A DNA stretch of 64,000 nucleotides, taken from assembly GCA_010093815.1 (NCBI GenBank), contig ML996570.1; one strand, 5' to 3'. The notes under the pieces were generated by a model. It was not told the DNA's origin. It made no database searches and worked only from the letters and a program-made list of their open reading frames with translations. This stretch comes from Pseudovirgaria hyperparasitica (taxonomy: Eukaryota). Both the position numbers and the translations under genes were made by a program. This document shows positions 60,330-64,000 of the stretch, piece after piece (the first letter of the stretch is position 1; every line of letters begins with the position of its first letter).

Positions 60330-61331
60330 GACGTAAACATTCTGGTCGAACGGACAGCCCAAGAGCTGGTTCTGTATCTGGATCATGTTTCTTTACTGCA
60401 TACGTTCCTGCAACTCCTGTAGAGTCAAAATAGGCGTGGGATCTTGACCAGAAAGGTTGCTAGTCAGACGTGTTAGAAGTCGTGACCAATGTACATTGCA
60501 AGGTTTGAACAACCTTAGCAAAGCTGGAAGGAAGATACCCACAGTGATGAGCTTTTTCTCCAAATTCTCGACTGAGACTGAACGATTGCACAAGCTTGCG
60601 CACCCCCGGACTTCCTCCATAAAGTACATTATGATCACACGTTTCGCGTGATCACAAATTATCATGTAGCCTGCTTCGTCCACCGCAGTGCGATGATACA
60701 CCGGATCGTTGACAGTCCACCTATGGACTGCCCAAGTAAGCATTGCCAGATATGTATCCTCGCCGGCGCAGAGGGCAGGGTCGGAGCGCACAGCTTCTAC
60801 CAATACAGTCTGGATCCTGTCCTGGCAAAGCTCGGCAACATCGAGTGCTGTCTTATTCGCCCAGAGGTTCATTGATGCCACAGCAGGTCGTTTGAAATGC
60901 TACGGAATCAGCTTACAGCGTCAACCGTCATCATCCTCTGCATAACTGGGGCGAACAATACACCATCTCACCTCGATCATGTTGGCAACTTTGCTCTGCT
61001 GTATATCGTGGTTCCTGCCATTCATAATTGCCAAAGACCGGTAATTTCCAACAACGAATCTCTCCAATATTCTGATCCGGTCTGCGTTCGTCGAGTTTTA
61101 GGGGTATTTCCTGGTATCTTCTCCAAGCCACATGGCTGTGAAGACGGATTGAAGCATTTTCAGATGGTCAAGGTACAGAGGCGATGCACCGTTGCTGTCA
61201 TCGATCGTCATCCTGAGTCCATTCTCAATATTGTTATATACATAGGCGAGTAGCGTACCAGGTGTAGGTCGGGCGAAGTTTGAGGAGGGCGCTGACTTGG
61301 CATGAGACTGACTTGTCTCGCCTGCTGACAT
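60330..61331 (-). pseudogene. Probable disrupted hypothetical gene
   Basis: Three consecutive protein-like minus ORFs (61098-61349, 60931-61131, 60393-60881) separated by a frameshift, stops and intron-like signals. Confidence 0.3.
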
Positions 61332-62053
61332 GTTGCTTTGATAGACCAAGGTATAGTGAACTGGCTGGACTAAACGTTATCGTGCAAAAGGCAAGAATAT
61401 TGTACAATAAATGCTGAATGGCTAATGAGTGTACGGAGCCCGAGACAACTCGAAAGCGTGAGCGACGTATAGTATATCTGACCTCTCTCACGGCTGAAAA
61501 TAAGCTCCATGGTGTAGGTAGCAGTTTCCACCTCTGAACTACGTACATGCCGAGCATGTAACGGCGCCTCTAATCTGACTTGGTATTTCGGTCTTGTGAT
61601 GACTTTTTGTGCTCAGTCTCATTTCGGATGTCTATACACTGGCGCATAGCAATCTGCCTAGCCAACGGCGAACATCACGATAAGAACATTTTAGGCCATG
61701 ATTCTGTCAGCATTAAGTAAAAGCTATTCAAGTTTCCTCTTCTAAGGACCCAGATAGATGTGAGCAGTACGAACATTTACAGGCCGTGCATGGGCAGACC
61801 AAATCCCTGATAGCTGAAGAGTGCGGCAAGAGGTCGTGTACTTATTAGCCATTACTCGGTATAGAGCACCGGAAAAGATGCGGCGGGATCGCCTTGGCAC
61901 AGAAAGTACCTGCAATATATCATATTGGTACAACCTATAGGAAAAAATACTGTAAGTCTATTACACGTGATTCTGGAAACTCATCTCCAGAACAATACAA
62001 TACATTAGTTTGCGGAATCTATGCTTTTCCAACAGCTTGAAGTAGTACTCATC

Positions 62054-63052
<999 letters not shown>

Positions 63053-64000
63053 GACAGCTGACCTGGTAGCGTTCAGGTGACAATGAGTATCTCCTTTGTT
63101 TGAAGGCTACCTGGTAATTATAGCTGCAGCTGCGCCTATAAAGCTTGGGGTTTACGATGGGCAAGGGTATTACTCGATACTAACTTCTTTTGTTCTACGC
63201 GACTGCTGAGTAATTATTAAGCGAAGCAGACTTCAATCGGTTCTCCTAGCTAAAGTCACACTTCTTTAGCAACCTCGCAATCACTCGCGAACAATGATGT
63301 CAATGGCTCTGACCATATTTTGCGACCATGCATACCTGCTCAATACCCACTCAAACCTAGTTCTTGTAACCTGACTACCATATATAGGTCAGCGACGTGG
63401 ACATTCCCGTACATACTCGATTTCTACCGTACGCAAACGTCAAGCTACATGCAGGAGCGAGATACGAGGTCGACATATAAGAGCATGGAGATCAGAAAGT
63501 AGTAAATGGTATCGTGTCGCACTTTACGAGCTTGGCTGCACGTTGGTCCACAAGCACGCCGAGCCTGCGCTCACCGCGCTCGTAGCCCAATATCCGGTTA
63601 CGAGACTTGCATTCGTCCAATGGTGCAAGTTATGGCTGTGTTATCGGCATCATGTCTGCTTGCTTGCTTGCGGTGGTGGAGTGGTTTTGCTGTCAAATAA
63701 CCCTGTTAAAAGACGCTTAACCGGTCAGAAATTCTTGAACGTTGTGAAACTTTCCGAGAAATATTCTGGTGATACGCTCCCGCCTATTTAAGCTACTTGG
63801 GGGTGGATCATAACTAGGGTGGGTGAACATAAGCGATGTACGCTATGACCATCCCCCGGCGTTCGCAATTCTGGCGTCATACGGTGGACGTTTGGATCCA
63901 TTTCCTTCGGGATCTGAAGAAAACCAAGGGGATCGAATCGGCCATTCGCGGCTTTAATATGAATCTCTCCTGAGTTTACGACCCAGCACTGCTACGGCAC

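Overview
Eukaryotic DNA from a filamentous ascomycete (Pezizomycotina, probably Dothideomycete-like), judged from short GT-AG introns with CTRAC branch sites and AT-rich, TpA-enriched tracts that look RIP-mutated. About 3-13 kb is an accessory/decayed zone with RIP-like tracts, two paralogous pseudogene remnants and several minisatellite arrays. It also holds an apparently intact three-exon gene (9085-11122) whose last exon resembles the catalytic domain of serine recombinases (resolvases), with a 106-nt repeat array inside its 859-nt intron and a 53-nt array downstream; this is the most novel item. About 13-50 kb is mostly housekeeping: an SDR with a divergent Zn2Cys6 TF, tRNA-Arg(UCU), an MFS transporter with a Mutator-like MITE (9-bp TSD) just upstream, MSH4, RSA4/Notchless, isochorismatase, GliK-like GGCT, MBD4-like glycosylase, PMM/SEC53, eIF3j, sphingolipid C9-methyltransferase, a tyrosine phosphatase, an SRPK-like pseudogene, an EIS1-like protein and a GCK-III kinase. 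About 50-64 kb holds an ankyrin pseudogene, secreted GLEYA and DUF1593 proteins, a PTH11-like receptor and URA6. All family calls come from motif recognition by eye; no searches were run.
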